DNA of 64,000 bases from Octopus vulgaris (taxonomy: Eukaryota), in the NCBI GenBank assembly GCA_951406725.2, contig OX597814.1, forward strand, positions 54,250,001 to 54,314,000, read 5' to 3'. Positions 15,513 to 27,165 of the stretch are shown piece after piece. The position numbers and the translations under genes were made by a program. Numbering within the stretch: position 1 is the first letter of the stretch; each line of letters begins with the position of its first letter. The notes under the pieces were generated by a model that was not told the DNA's origin, did no database searches, and saw only the letters and a program-made list of their open reading frames with translations.

Positions 15513-15731
15513 CATACATACATACATATATATATATATACATATATATACATACATATATACATATATATACATACATATATATATATATATATACATA
15601 TATATACATACATACATATATATATATATACATATATATACATACATACATATACATACATACATATATATATATATACATATATATACATACATACATA
15701 TATATATATATACATATATATACATACATAC

Positions 15732-15762
<31 letters not shown>

Positions 15763-16004
15763 CATATATATACATATATACATATATATATATATATACA
15801 TATATATACATACATACATATATATACATACATGCATACATATAAATACATGCATACATATATATACATGCATACATATATATACATACATACATAAATA
15901 TACATATACATACATACCTATATATACATACCTATATATACATACCTATATATACATACATATATATACATATATATATACATACATATATATATATATA
16001 TACA

Positions 16005-16050
<46 letters not shown>

Positions 16051-16148
16051 CATATATATATATACATATATATATACATACATATATATATATACATATA
16101 TATATACATACATATATATATATACATACATATATATATACATACATA

Positions 16149-16184
<36 letters not shown>

Positions 16185-16528
16185 CATACATATATACAAA
16201 CATATATACAAACATATATACATACAAACATATATACATACATACATATATATATATATACATACATATATACAAACATATATACATACAAACATATATA
16301 CATACATACATATATATATATATACATACATATATATACACACATATATATATATACATACATATATATATATACATATATATATATACATACATATATA
16401 TATATACATACATATATATATACATACATATATATACACATACATATATATACATACATATATATACACATACATATATATACATACATATATATACACA
16501 TACATATATATACATACATATATATACA

Positions 16529-16564
<36 letters not shown>

Positions 16565-16569
16565 CATAC

Positions 16570-16618
<49 letters not shown>

Positions 16619-16720
16619 CATACATATATATATACATACATACATATATATATACATACATATATATATACATACATATATATATACATACATATATATA
16701 TATGTATATATAATATATAC
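14850..16720. repeat. ~1.9-kb (TACA)/(TA) array
   Basis: Seen directly. Confidence 0.95.
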
Positions 16721-17187
16721 GTAGGAAAGGACACAGATTGAAAACTTGAGAAGGCCAAGATCTTGGAGAAGAGGATAGAGAGAAAATGAACCAGGTGTCA
16801 GGGTGTGGTCAATAGTTTAGAGTAGTAAATTGAATTGATAGTATATACCCTTGAACATATTAATGGTTTCAAAGTACTTTAGATTCAATAATAATAATAA
16901 TGATACCAGTAGTATAGTCATACAGACATACATACATATATAAAATACATGCATGCATGTTCATACACATATTGAGACACTTGCACACTCACATAGATGC
17001 ACACACGTTTCTTTCAATTGTTTTATATTTTGAACTGTTTTAACTGCGGACAGTTTGCACAATGGATGCATTTCACATTATATATAATGCAGATCTGAAA
17101 CCTATAATACACACACACACACACACACATATAATATACATACATACGTACATATATATACATATTTATACGTATATATACACTCTC

Positions 17188-17333
17188 GGAGTGGTTGGCG
17201 TTAGGAAGGGCATCCAGCTGTAGAAACACTGCCAGATCTGACTGGCCTGGTGCAGCCTTTGGGCTCCCCAGACCCCAGTTGAACCATCCAACCCATGCTA
17301 GTATGGAAAGCGGATGTTAAACGATGATGATGA
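17188..17333 (+). mobile_element. SINE family C 3' portion
   Basis: ggagtggttggcgttaggaagggcatccagctgtagaaac...gatgatgat. Confidence 0.8.
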
Positions 17334-17344
17334 TATACATATAC

Positions 17345-17488
17345 ATCATTTATACATATATATACATGTACATTATATACACATATATATACATGTACAT
17401 TATATATATACATGTACATTATATATATATATACATGTACATTATATATATATATACATATACATTATATATATATATACATATACAT

Positions 17489-17534
<46 letters not shown>

Positions 17535-17581
17535 CATTATATATATATATACATGTACATTATATATATATATACATGTAC

Positions 17582-17625
<44 letters not shown>
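17345..17625. repeat. Minisatellite of ACATGTACAT plus (TA)n units
   Basis: About six copies of acatgtacatt followed by (AT)n. Confidence 0.85.
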
Positions 17626-17629
<4 letters not shown>

Positions 17630-17649
17630 TATAAGTTAGATATGTTTCA

Positions 17650-18320
17650 ACCAAAGATTGGTCCAAGCTATGTCTAACTTAATAGCACAACCTGTTAGTA
17701 TTATCTAAATCCTTTTTAAGTCAAGTTTTGTGGTATCATGGTCCATTCAAGTAGTGAGTTTTTGTTGAGTGAGTTGTATCCAGGTATAGGTGGTTTATCT
17801 GGTATTCCTTGAAGGAATCTATCCAGACTCCGTTTAAAGTTGATGGGATCCTTTTCCTCTTTGATCAGTTTTGGGACAATGTTAAACAGGGCAGGGCCTG
17901 TTGAGGAAAAGAAATTGTGTTGCAGTGTACCTATATGCTGTGGTCCTGAATTGGGCAGGGCACGTATGGCCCATGGTTTCAGCCTTGAATCTTGAAGTGT
18001 TTGGGCAATATTGGTAGTATATTCTCCACATTGCACAAATGATGTACTGCTTGCGGCAGCGCTGGAGAGAGTAGAGTTTCAAGGCTTTAAGGCAGTCCCA
18101 GTAATTGAGATCAGTCATGCCTTTAATTTGTTTAGTGAATGCCCTCTGGGGTGATTCAATTTTCAAGATGTTTTGTTTTGTATGGGGAGACCACAGGGGG
18201 CAGCAGTATTCGAGGTGTGGCTGTACAAAGAAGGAGAAAAGTGGAATGATGACACCTTGTTCTCAGGACTGGAAGGTTCTTAAAATCCAGGAGCTCATCT
18301 TCCACAGTATAGTTTGTTCT
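17650..18320 (-). mobile_element. CR1/Jockey-group LINE 3' end
   Basis: PHLEYCCPLWSP...IESPQRAFTKQIKGMTDLNYWDCLKALKLYSLQR, typical C-terminal region. Confidence 0.85.
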
Positions 18321-20591
18321 AACAGACCATCCATGTTTAAGTGGTGATAAATGTTACCCCTCAGCATTAATACTGACCCTGTTGCTAATATATATTTTAT
18401 ATCTAGTTAATGTTAATTTTCCTGCCAATTGGACAAAAGAATGAATTGTATTTATTTTGTCAACATAAACACCATAGTAACATCTCAGATAAAATAACGT
18501 AATAACTAAAAGTGATGTAAAATGCCTTCTAAGACATAAGAAGGAACGATGCTGCATTCTGATTTCTTGATATTAAATGGATGAGAGAAAAGTGCTTTTT
18601 TAGATAGGAATCAGTTTATCTCAAGTGTCTGAGCAAAATAATTTTGGAGATATTGACTCAGACATACTTCACAAAGAGATAGAAATACCTAAAGTGGGCT
18701 TGAATTCAAGAACAAAACTTTTATATAAATGTGCCGTCCAATACTATATGAAAGCCTTTCATTTCACTTCTGCCTCACTGGTTAAAACACATCAGTAAAA
18801 TAGAAATATTATGTGGTTAGTATAGCTTACAGTGCTAGAATGACAATTAGTCATGGTCTACAAAAGAAAGTATTCAAAACATTTTGTTGTATCTTGGGAG
18901 GGCCATTGTGTCAATGATAAACACACACACATACTGGTTCTATTTCACTTCTTTAATTATTATCTGTCAAGTAGTTCATCATTAAACCAATTAACTAATT
19001 GGCTGCTTGATTAACCATTCAATAAATCAGTTAAGAAATTAATTAATCAATCAACTAGCATAATGACCTTTTTGAGATACAACAAAATCTGTTTCAACAC
19101 ATGAGTTCAATCTTGCAAACCAAAGGCAAAAATGAAATATCCAAAACATGCTGCACAATAAAAGTTTTGTTCATGAATTCAAGTCCTCTATAAGTATTTC
19201 TATCTATTTGTAAAGTATACTTGATTCAATACCTCCAAAATTATTTTCCTCAGTCACTTGAGATTAACTAATTCCTATCTAAAAAAACACTTTTCTCTCA
19301 TCCTTAATAACTCCTTTGGGAATTTTGTGTGTGTGTGTGTGTGTGTGTTTGAACTGTCTAGGACTCTGGGTCTTTAGATTTGTTTGTATCACATTTTTCA
19401 ATTTACCAAATCCTCATAGATTAGAAACAGTCCATGCCTCCCTGTATTCCTTTCCACCATTTCTCTCTCCCTCCCTCCCTCCTCTTTCTCTCTCACACAC
19501 ACACACACACACACATACACACGAGCCCAAAAAAAAAAAAAGAAAACAGAATGCAAGAAAACTGTGTTAATCAACTCAGTCAAGGAACAAGATGTTAGTT
19601 TAACAATTAGAAACAATTTTGCACTCCCCCACATTGAAAAGCTGACCAACATGTTTGACCAGCATCAGGTTATCATGAGCAAATAAATGAGAGATTATCT
19701 CTTTGATGTCAACATAACAGGTTTATACGATAAACAACAGTTTTATACAGGAAAGTAGCAGACAGGGTACTTAAGTAAATCTTTATTTTGTGCTTTTTAA
19801 ATTTGTTTGTTTGATTATTCATCTTGATCTTTTATGTTTTACTTGTTTCAGTCATTGGACTACGGTCATGCTGGGGCACTGCACTAAAGGGTTTAGTCAA
19901 ACGAATTGAGACCAATACTTATCTTTAAACTTGGTATTTGTTCTATTGGTCTCTTTTGCTGACCCACTAAGGAATGGGAACACAAAGAAACCAATACTGG
20001 TTGTCAAGTGGTGGTGGAGCACAAACACACACACACAACGACAACGATGATGATAACAACAACAACAACAACAGTTTCTTGCTTGGTGATGTGAGGTTTG
20101 GGAAGGTTTTTATAACATGTTCTACTCAATTTACAAATCAGGATGTTGGTACAAGAGAAATCAGAAGAAAAAAAAAGAAGGTAAATGCAAAGATTGTGTT
20201 TTCATTCACCCTTCCACTTTTTGAATCCACTTTTTTCTCAAATTTATATTGTGATTTCCCTTGTACCAGCATTCTGATTTACAAATTGAATAAAAACGTT
20301 TTTATTCACCCTTCCACTTTTTGCCTCTACCTTCTTGTTTTCTCTTGTGATTTCTCTTGTACCAATGTCCTGATTCGCAAACTGAATAGACCAAGTGCTC
20401 AAAGCCTGAGAATTGCTTGGAGACACAAGCCATGTTATAAAAACCTGTCTAGACCCACATCACCAAGCAAAAAATTAGCTCATATCATTATACTATGTAC
20501 ATTAAATATTTATCTCTCACTGCATGGAGTCCTTTTTTTGTTGATCTTACATTTAAACAGTAAACTACATATATATATATATATATATATA

Positions 20592-22059
20592 CTAGCAGTA
20601 TCGCCCGGCGTTGCTCGGGTTTGTAAGGGAAATAACTATATAAGCATTTTTAGAGAGTTATAGCAAAAAAATAGGAAAAAAATGCATTAAAAATGGAAAA
20701 AAAATTAAGGTAAATTTTTTTTTAAATCGTTGACTCATCGTAGACATTTTTAAAGAGTTACTTCCCGTATATAATAGTGAAAAAAATGCATTAAAATGGA
20801 AAAAAATTATGGTAAATTTTTTTTAAATCGTAGACTCATCGTAGATGCGCGCTAATACCCAGAAGGGCTCGATATGAATCACGACTATAAGATACCCGGT
20901 TTTGGTTAAACTGCACCGCAAAATGTGGGAGTAGTTAGGAATCTAAATCGTAGGAGACAGACACACAACTTCACTTTTATATATAAAGATATAAGTCACT
21001 TTGTTATATACACATTCTTAAAAGAAAATGTTATTTTGAACACAACATTTATAAAGAATAAAATATTTTTTGGTTTTTCTTAACCCTTTCGTTACTATAT
21101 TTCTGACCAAAATACACCCCTTATGTGTTTCAATTATTTTCTAACGTAATCATAAATTTAGTCTGGTTTCATTAAACAACTATAACTTTTTTATTTATCA
21201 ATATATTAATGTGATTTTTGGAAGATAATTTAATGAAATGTTCTCAACCAATTCTATACTATAATTTTTGTCACAAAGTGACTCTAATTGCAGGTAGATA
21301 CAGGTAAATTCAACAATATATAAAATTATTAAAATTTTGTTCAAACATCGCTATAGAAAATGGGTTATTAGCTAATATTCAATTGGGTATACAACAAAAT
21401 TTTACGATAGAATTTGTTATTCTGGGTAACTTTCTGATACCCATAATAATATTTATGGCAAAATAGGCCTTAATTTCATTTAAGGTTGTGGGAAATAACA
21501 AACTATCCTTTCTTTCGTTTTGTTTACATTTTAGCGTAACAGTTCGTTTCCGCCGTAATGATTTCAAATAGGCTCATTCGAAAAAGTAAAAAGAAATAGT
21601 TTAAGGCTTTACTCTCCTGGGAAAGTCTGTGGCTTGGTGCAGTTTCTTCAGAAAAATCACCGAAAGAAACAGTTTTTAAATTTTCACTCCATTCAGGTGC
21701 CAATTCATTTTCTTAATCGCTGTCGGATTCACTGTTTTCTCTTTAATCGTTGCAAACTTGCAAAGAGAAAGGAGAAATGAGGGTGATAGCGTCAGTGAAA
21801 CAGTTCGCTCCGTTTGTGTGTGTGTGCATATGCGTGTGCTGTAGCCCACACTAAGAAAAGCATTTGACATATACACCACAATGTGAGTTTTCTCTAAATT
21901 TTGCTTAATTGGGGTTGAAATTTTAAAAACTGGACCTGGCACGACCCGATGCATTCTACTCTTAAAAATGCTAGGTAAATTGTAATTGAAGAAATCCTAT
22001 ATTGTAGATTTCTATAAGATACAAAGGGAGGCAGATAAAATCTGCCTTTTATAATAAGA
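20592..22059 (-). mobile_element. Composite non-autonomous Helitron carrying piggyBac-derived sequence
   Basis: 3' hairpin plus CTAG at 20592; internal 5' TC end at 20989; outer 5' TC at 22059; TTAA-CCCTTT terminus at ~21080. Confidence 0.75.
21400..21510 (-). pseudogene. piggyBac (PGBD-like) transposase fragment
   Basis: FPTTLNEIKAYFAINIIMGIRKLPRI matches the piggyBac TxxEIxAFxGxxxxMGxxKLP motif; second copy at ~22805-22895. Confidence 0.7.
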
Positions 22060-23433
22060 CTAGCAGTATCGCCCGGCGTTGCTCGGGTTGTAAGGGAAAT
22101 AACTATATAAGCATTTTTAGAGAGTTATAGCCAAAAAGTAGCAAAAAAAATGCATTAAAAATTGAAAAAAAATTAAGGTAAATTTTTCTTTAAATCGTTG
22201 ACACATCGTAGATATTTTTAGAGAGTTACTTCCCTTATATAAAAGCGAAAAAAATGCATTAAAATGGAAAAATATGATGGTAATTTTTTTTTAAATCATA
22301 GACTCATCGTAGACGCGCGCTAATACCCAGAAGGGCTCGTTTGTTATTCTGGGTAACTTTCTGTAAAATTATTAAAATTTTGTTCAAACATCGCTATAGA
22401 AAATGGGTTATTAGCTAATATTCAATTGGGTATACAACAAAATTTTACGATAGAATTTGTTATTCTGGGTAACTTTCTGTAAAATTATTAAAATTTTGTT
22501 CAAACATCGCTATAGAAAATGGGTTATTAGCTAATATTCAATTGGGTATACAACAAAATTTTACGATAGAATTTGTTATTCTGGGTAACTTTCTGTAAAA
22601 TTATTAAAATTTTGTTCAAACATCGCTATAGAAAATGGGTTATTAGCTAATATTCAATTGGGTATACAACAAAATTTTACGATAGAATTTGTTATTCTGG
22701 GTAACTTTCTGTAAAATTATTAAAATTTTGTTCAAACATCGCTATAGAAAATGGGTTATTAGCTAATATTCAATTGGGTATACAACAAAATTTTACGATA
22801 GAATTTGTTATTCTGGGTAACTTTCTGATACCCATAATAATATTTATGGCAAAATAGGCCTTAATTTCATTTAAGGTTGTGGGAAATAACAAACTATCCT
22901 TTCTTTCGGTTTATTTACGTTTAGCGTAATGATTTCAAATAGGCTCATTCGAAAAAGTAAATAGAAATAGTCTAAGGCTTTACTCTTCTGGGAAAGTCTG
23001 TGGCTTGGTCCAGTTTCTTCAGAAAACTCACCGAAAGAAACAGTTTTTTAATTTTCACTCCATTCAGGTACCAATTCGTTTTCTTTATCGCTGTCGGATT
23101 CACTGTTTTCACTTTAATAGCTGCAAACTTGCAAAGACAAAGGAGGAGAAGGGTGATAGCGTCAGTGAAACAATTCGCTCCCTTTGTGTGTGTGTGTGCG
23201 TTTGCGTGTGGTGTAAACCAGACTAAGAAAAGCATTTGACACACACACCAGAATGTGAGTTTTCTGTAAATTTTGCTTAATTGGAGTTTAAATTTTAAAA
23301 ACTGGACCTGGCATGACGCGATGCATTGTACTCTTAAAATTGCTAGGTAAATTGTAATTGAAGAAATCCTATATTGTAGATTTGTATAACTCCCAAAGGG
23401 AGGCAGATAAAATCTGTCTTTTATAATAAGAGA
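22060..23433 (-). mobile_element. Second Helitron copy, head-to-tail with the previous one
   Basis: Same 3' CTAG/hairpin and 5' TCTTATTATAAAAG ends; both arms homologous to 20592-22059. Confidence 0.8.
22340..22827. repeat. Tandem array of about 4.2 x 116 bp
   Basis: ttgttattctgggtaactttc recurs at 22341, 22457, 22573, 22689 and 22805. Confidence 0.95.
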
Positions 23434-23449
23434 TATATATATATATCAG

Positions 23450-23782
23450 CAATACCCCCTTCAGTCATGAATGACCATGGGATTGCACCTAGAAAGTTAA
23501 CCTCCAAGGCACAAGTCTGGGCAAGGTTGTTTATGGAAGACCAGCAGTCGCCCATGCATACCAGCATCCCCTCTCCACGCCACTGATGTAATCCAAGGGA
23601 AAGGCAAAGGCCATTACAGCTTGACACCAGTGATGTCACAACTCATTTCCACAGTTGAGTTAACTGGAGCAATGTGAAATAAAGTGTCTTGCTCAAGAAC
23701 ACAACAAACAGCCCGGTACAGGATTCAAACTCCCAACCTCATGGTTGTAAGTTTGACACTAACCACTGAGCCATGTACCTTC
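23450..23782 (-). mobile_element. SINE family D (tRNA head plus gtgttcttgagcaagacact core)
   Basis: Minus-strand head gaaggtacatggctcagtggttag; related copies at 31372-31690 (-) and 51863-52150 (+). Confidence 0.75.
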
Positions 23783-24515
23783 ACTTATATATATATATAC
23801 AATAGGCTTCCTTCATTTTTTGCTTATCATATCCACTCACAAGGCTTTGGTCAACCTGGGGCTACAGTACAAGATACTTTCCTAAAGTGCCATGCAGTGG
23901 GATTGAACCTGGAACCATGTGGTTGGGAAGGAAACTCCCTACCATACAGCTATACCTGCACCCATGGAATTTTTTTCTTTGTACATGTTTTATCCATGCT
24001 AGCATGGGGTGAGGTTTTGGGAGGTAAAATGGTATCAGATGCATATAATCATGCACATACATATCTCTAACAACTAAGTAAAAAAAAAAAGTTAATTTGT
24101 AGAACATGCCATCAACACCACTAAATTATTTTTTACAGTGCATTATGTAGCTGATATCTCAGAAATATGTAAAACTGTACCAATAATGATACTTAATTAA
24201 ATGTCAGTTCATTTCAAAATAGAAGTATAATTAGAAATGTGTTAACATTAAGATAATTATTATCATCATTATTATTATATTTAGATCCTAGGTAAAAACA
24301 CTTAAGTTCTTAGCTGACTAATTTATGAACACTTTATCATATTATATCGTGAAGTATATTTTCCACCTAAATGTGGTGGACCCACATAGGATGATGCTAC
24401 TGTTGTTTATAGCCCCAGGAAGACATCTCCTCCAGCTGGCTAACGACACACTGTCTCAATCTGATTAATATTTGTGAAGGGAAATCATCATTTCCATCTC
24501 TAGCCTTACGTGATA

Positions 24516-24560
24516 CACACAGATCCAGGTTTCTGGATGGTAACCCGTCATCAGCATGTG
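24516..24560 (-). ncRNA. Type I hammerhead ribozyme (partly decayed copy)
   Basis: CACAUG-CUGAUGA-CGGGU uacc AUCCA-GAAA-CCUGGA-UC-UGUGUG; mismatches in helices II and III. Confidence 0.7.
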
Positions 24561-24873
24561 ACAATCACCAGCTAGTGATGAGAACTCATTTCAAACGCAA
24601 AATACTATATGCTTTTTCCAGTGACAAACTGTCGCTGATCTCAAAAAAGGAGAAACAAGCAATAATAAATCTCTGAGTGAGATATAAACAGTAGTAGCAC
24701 AGAATCGTGAAGTATATTTTCCACCTAAATGTGGTGGACCCATAGGGGATGTTGCTACTGTTGATTATAGCCCCAGGAAGACATCTCCTCCAGCTGGCTA
24801 ACGACACATTGTCTGTGCCTGATTAGTATTTGTGAAGAGAAATCATCATTCCCATCTCTAGCCTTACGTGATA

Positions 24874-24918
24874 CACACAGACCCGGGTTTCTGAGTAGTA
24901 ACCCATCATCAGCATGTG
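24874..24918 (-). ncRNA. Type I hammerhead ribozyme
   Basis: CACAUG-CUGAUGA-UGGGU uacu ACUCA-GAAA-CCCGGG-UC-UGUGUG: complete core, 5-bp helix II, palindromic helix III ACCCGGGU, GUC site. Confidence 0.85.
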
Positions 24919-26099
24919 GCAGGGGCTATAAACAACAGAAGCATCGTCCCCTATGGGTCTGCCACATTTAGGTGGAAAGTATACTTCATGATTCTGTGCT
25001 GCTACTGCTCACATCTCGCTCAGAGATTTATTATTGCTTATCATATAGTTATCTGGAAACGAAATATTTGATCACATTAACAACTTTGAACTATATTAAC
25101 TGCCATGTCTTTGTCATGCCAATTATATACATATATGTAAATGTGTGTGTGAGTGAATTTATGCATGGGTGTATGTATGTGTATGTGCATGCACAGCAGA
25201 GTTCAAGGTCAATCTTTGCCAAGCAACTTCACTCTGCATGCTTTAGCTTCATTACTATGGCAACAGTCTGGATACTTATTGATCAGACCTTGTATATCTA
25301 TCTATCTATCATCATCATTTAACATCCGCTTTCCATGTTGGCATGAGTTAGACAGTTTGACTGAGGACAGGCAAGCCAGAAGGCTGCACCAGGCTCCAAT
25401 CTGATCTGGCAAAGTTTCTACAGCTGGATGCCCTTCCTAACTTTATTAAAAGCAGCAGAAATATCACAAAAACTGTTACTCAGAGCTTCACGTTCCCATT
25501 TGTTGGACAGTTTTGTTAGAATAAAGCATATTACTCTACCACTGATATTTGAGTACTCTTTTTCCCACCTTGTTTCACATTTATGTGCTTACTCCAGTAT
25601 ATATATCAATATATCAGATGAAATGGCTTCGCATTTGATGAAACTTACAGCCAGTTTTGGCTTAGACTGAATGAATTATGGTGTGTGTGTGTGTATGTTG
25701 TCTATATTTATTGCTACTGCTTTTTGGGATGAGCAATATTATCACTTACAGCCCATTAACATACATGTATACATACAATTAAATTAAATTAAAAACATTA
25801 TCCATGCTTGATAACATCATGAAAAGTAAAATTATCTTGGTTATATAAAAACTGAATAAGATCAAGTCAACATCGTAAACAGATTTATTGTTCTCATAAT
25901 TGACCTCTTCTACTCCACTGTGAAAATAAAACACATTGGTTGTATAAAAATTAGACAGATATTCTGAAAATAGAGAACTAGAAGCATTGATATATATATA
26001 TATATATAAAGGGAAAGTTTACGAAAATAAACAAAAGACGAAGGCAGGTGGAGTACAAACAAACAAATGTATTAGTATAGCGCTCAGGAATAGAAAAGG

Positions 26100-26137
26100 T
26101 CTTTTACGTTTCAAGCCTACGCTCTTCGACAGAAAGA
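26100..26137 (-). ncRNA. Minimal hammerhead-like motif with variant core CUGUCGA
   Basis: UCUUU-CUGUCGA-A-GAGC guag GCUU-GAAA-CG-UA-AAAGA; in a ~190-bp insert next to (TA)n. Confidence 0.55.
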
Positions 26138-26625
26138 TACACAGAAAAAAACAAGGAGAGAAAAAAAATGTGTGTAGGAGCTAACGATCTATCATATATT
26201 TGATGGTGTAAAAAATGCATGAGTATATTACATTCACCCCAATTTCAGCAGCACAAATTCAGAAGAAAAGTTGTTAGTCTATTAATCCATGTAATATAGC
26301 TCAATCTCACATTGTGGAGATGAGGTGGTTTTTCTGTGACTTTTTATTTTTTAATCTTCTTTGAGTCTTATATGTTATCTAATATGGTAGTTTTAAGATT
26401 TAAGGGTAAAAAAAATAATCTTGTTATTGTTGTAGTTATATAACCTGGTTCTGGGTTCAAGTCCCACTGCAGGTCACCTTAGGCAAGTGTTTACAACTAT
26501 CACCTCATGCCAACCAAAGCCTTGAGTGGATTTGGTAGACAGAAACTGAAAGAAGCCTGTCATATATATATTTCAATGGGTGAATGAATTATCCTATGTT
26601 TACCGTTAACATGGAAAATTCAATT

Positions 26626-26707
26626 CTTTCCTGATGAGAAGATTGCATTTTACACTGTTTATTCCTTTGGAATAAAACCATGTTGTCTTCGAAACATATG
26701 TCGAAAG
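26626..26707 (+). ncRNA. Type I hammerhead ribozyme with long helix II
   Basis: CUUUC-CUGAUGA-GAAGA...UCUUC-GAAA-CAUAUG-UC-GAAAG; palindromic helix III ACAUAUGU; inner hairpin UUUAUUCC/GGAAUAAA. Confidence 0.85.
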
Positions 26708-26780
26708 TAAAATAGTTTTATTAACATCTTTGTTCAACTCCATTTATTTATTTATTCATTTATATATATATATATATATT

Positions 26781-26836
26781 CCACCACCAAATAAACACCT
26801 GGAAAACTTTGAACAGGAATTATGGGACACCATCAA

Positions 26837-26838
<2 letters not shown>
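26781..26838 (+). pseudogene. Penelope-like ORF N-terminal scrap
   Basis: PPPNKHLENFEQELWDTIK resembles the PPxxxxLxxFExDLxxxIKNI motif upstream of PLE RT; adjacent to an HHR; recalled similarity only. Confidence 0.4.
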
Positions 26839-26882
<44 letters not shown>

Positions 26883-26973
26883 ATTAGGAAGTACAAACAT
26901 TTACACACATGCCTGAGGCTATAGCAGATGATACTTGCCCAAGGTGCCACACAGTGGAACTGAACCTGAGACC

Positions 26974-27017
<44 letters not shown>

Positions 27018-27132
27018 AATAATATCAGGGTAAGAAAAATTTTAGAAATTTTTACTACCAGTGGCCTAGCGTGTAGAAAAATTAGTCAATAGACTATATA
27101 TTTTTCATATAAATGCATATAAATGTACACTG

Positions 27133-27165
<33 letters not shown>

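Larger units (their letters stand above)
24346..25039 (-). mobile_element. Retrozyme-like non-coding repeat: 1.6 tandem copies of a 358-bp unit plus an inverted 118-bp segment
   Basis: 24346-24560 is repeated at 24704-24918; each copy has an HHR; 24922-25039 is the reverse complement of 24657-24774. Confidence 0.75.

Noticed and set aside
9695-16758. ORFs of 200-1264 aa rich in Y/I/H/T/M/C/V on both strands
   Set aside because: Alternating purine-pyrimidine repeats cannot form stop codons, so all frames stay open; microsatellite artefact
18358-18402. Possible minus-strand exon IKYILATGSVLMLR
   Set aside because: Phase fits, but splice signals are weak and it abuts a LINE relic
22340-22827. 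Regularly spaced repeats suggestive of CRISPR
   Set aside because: Units are identical end to end with no unique spacers; eukaryotic context
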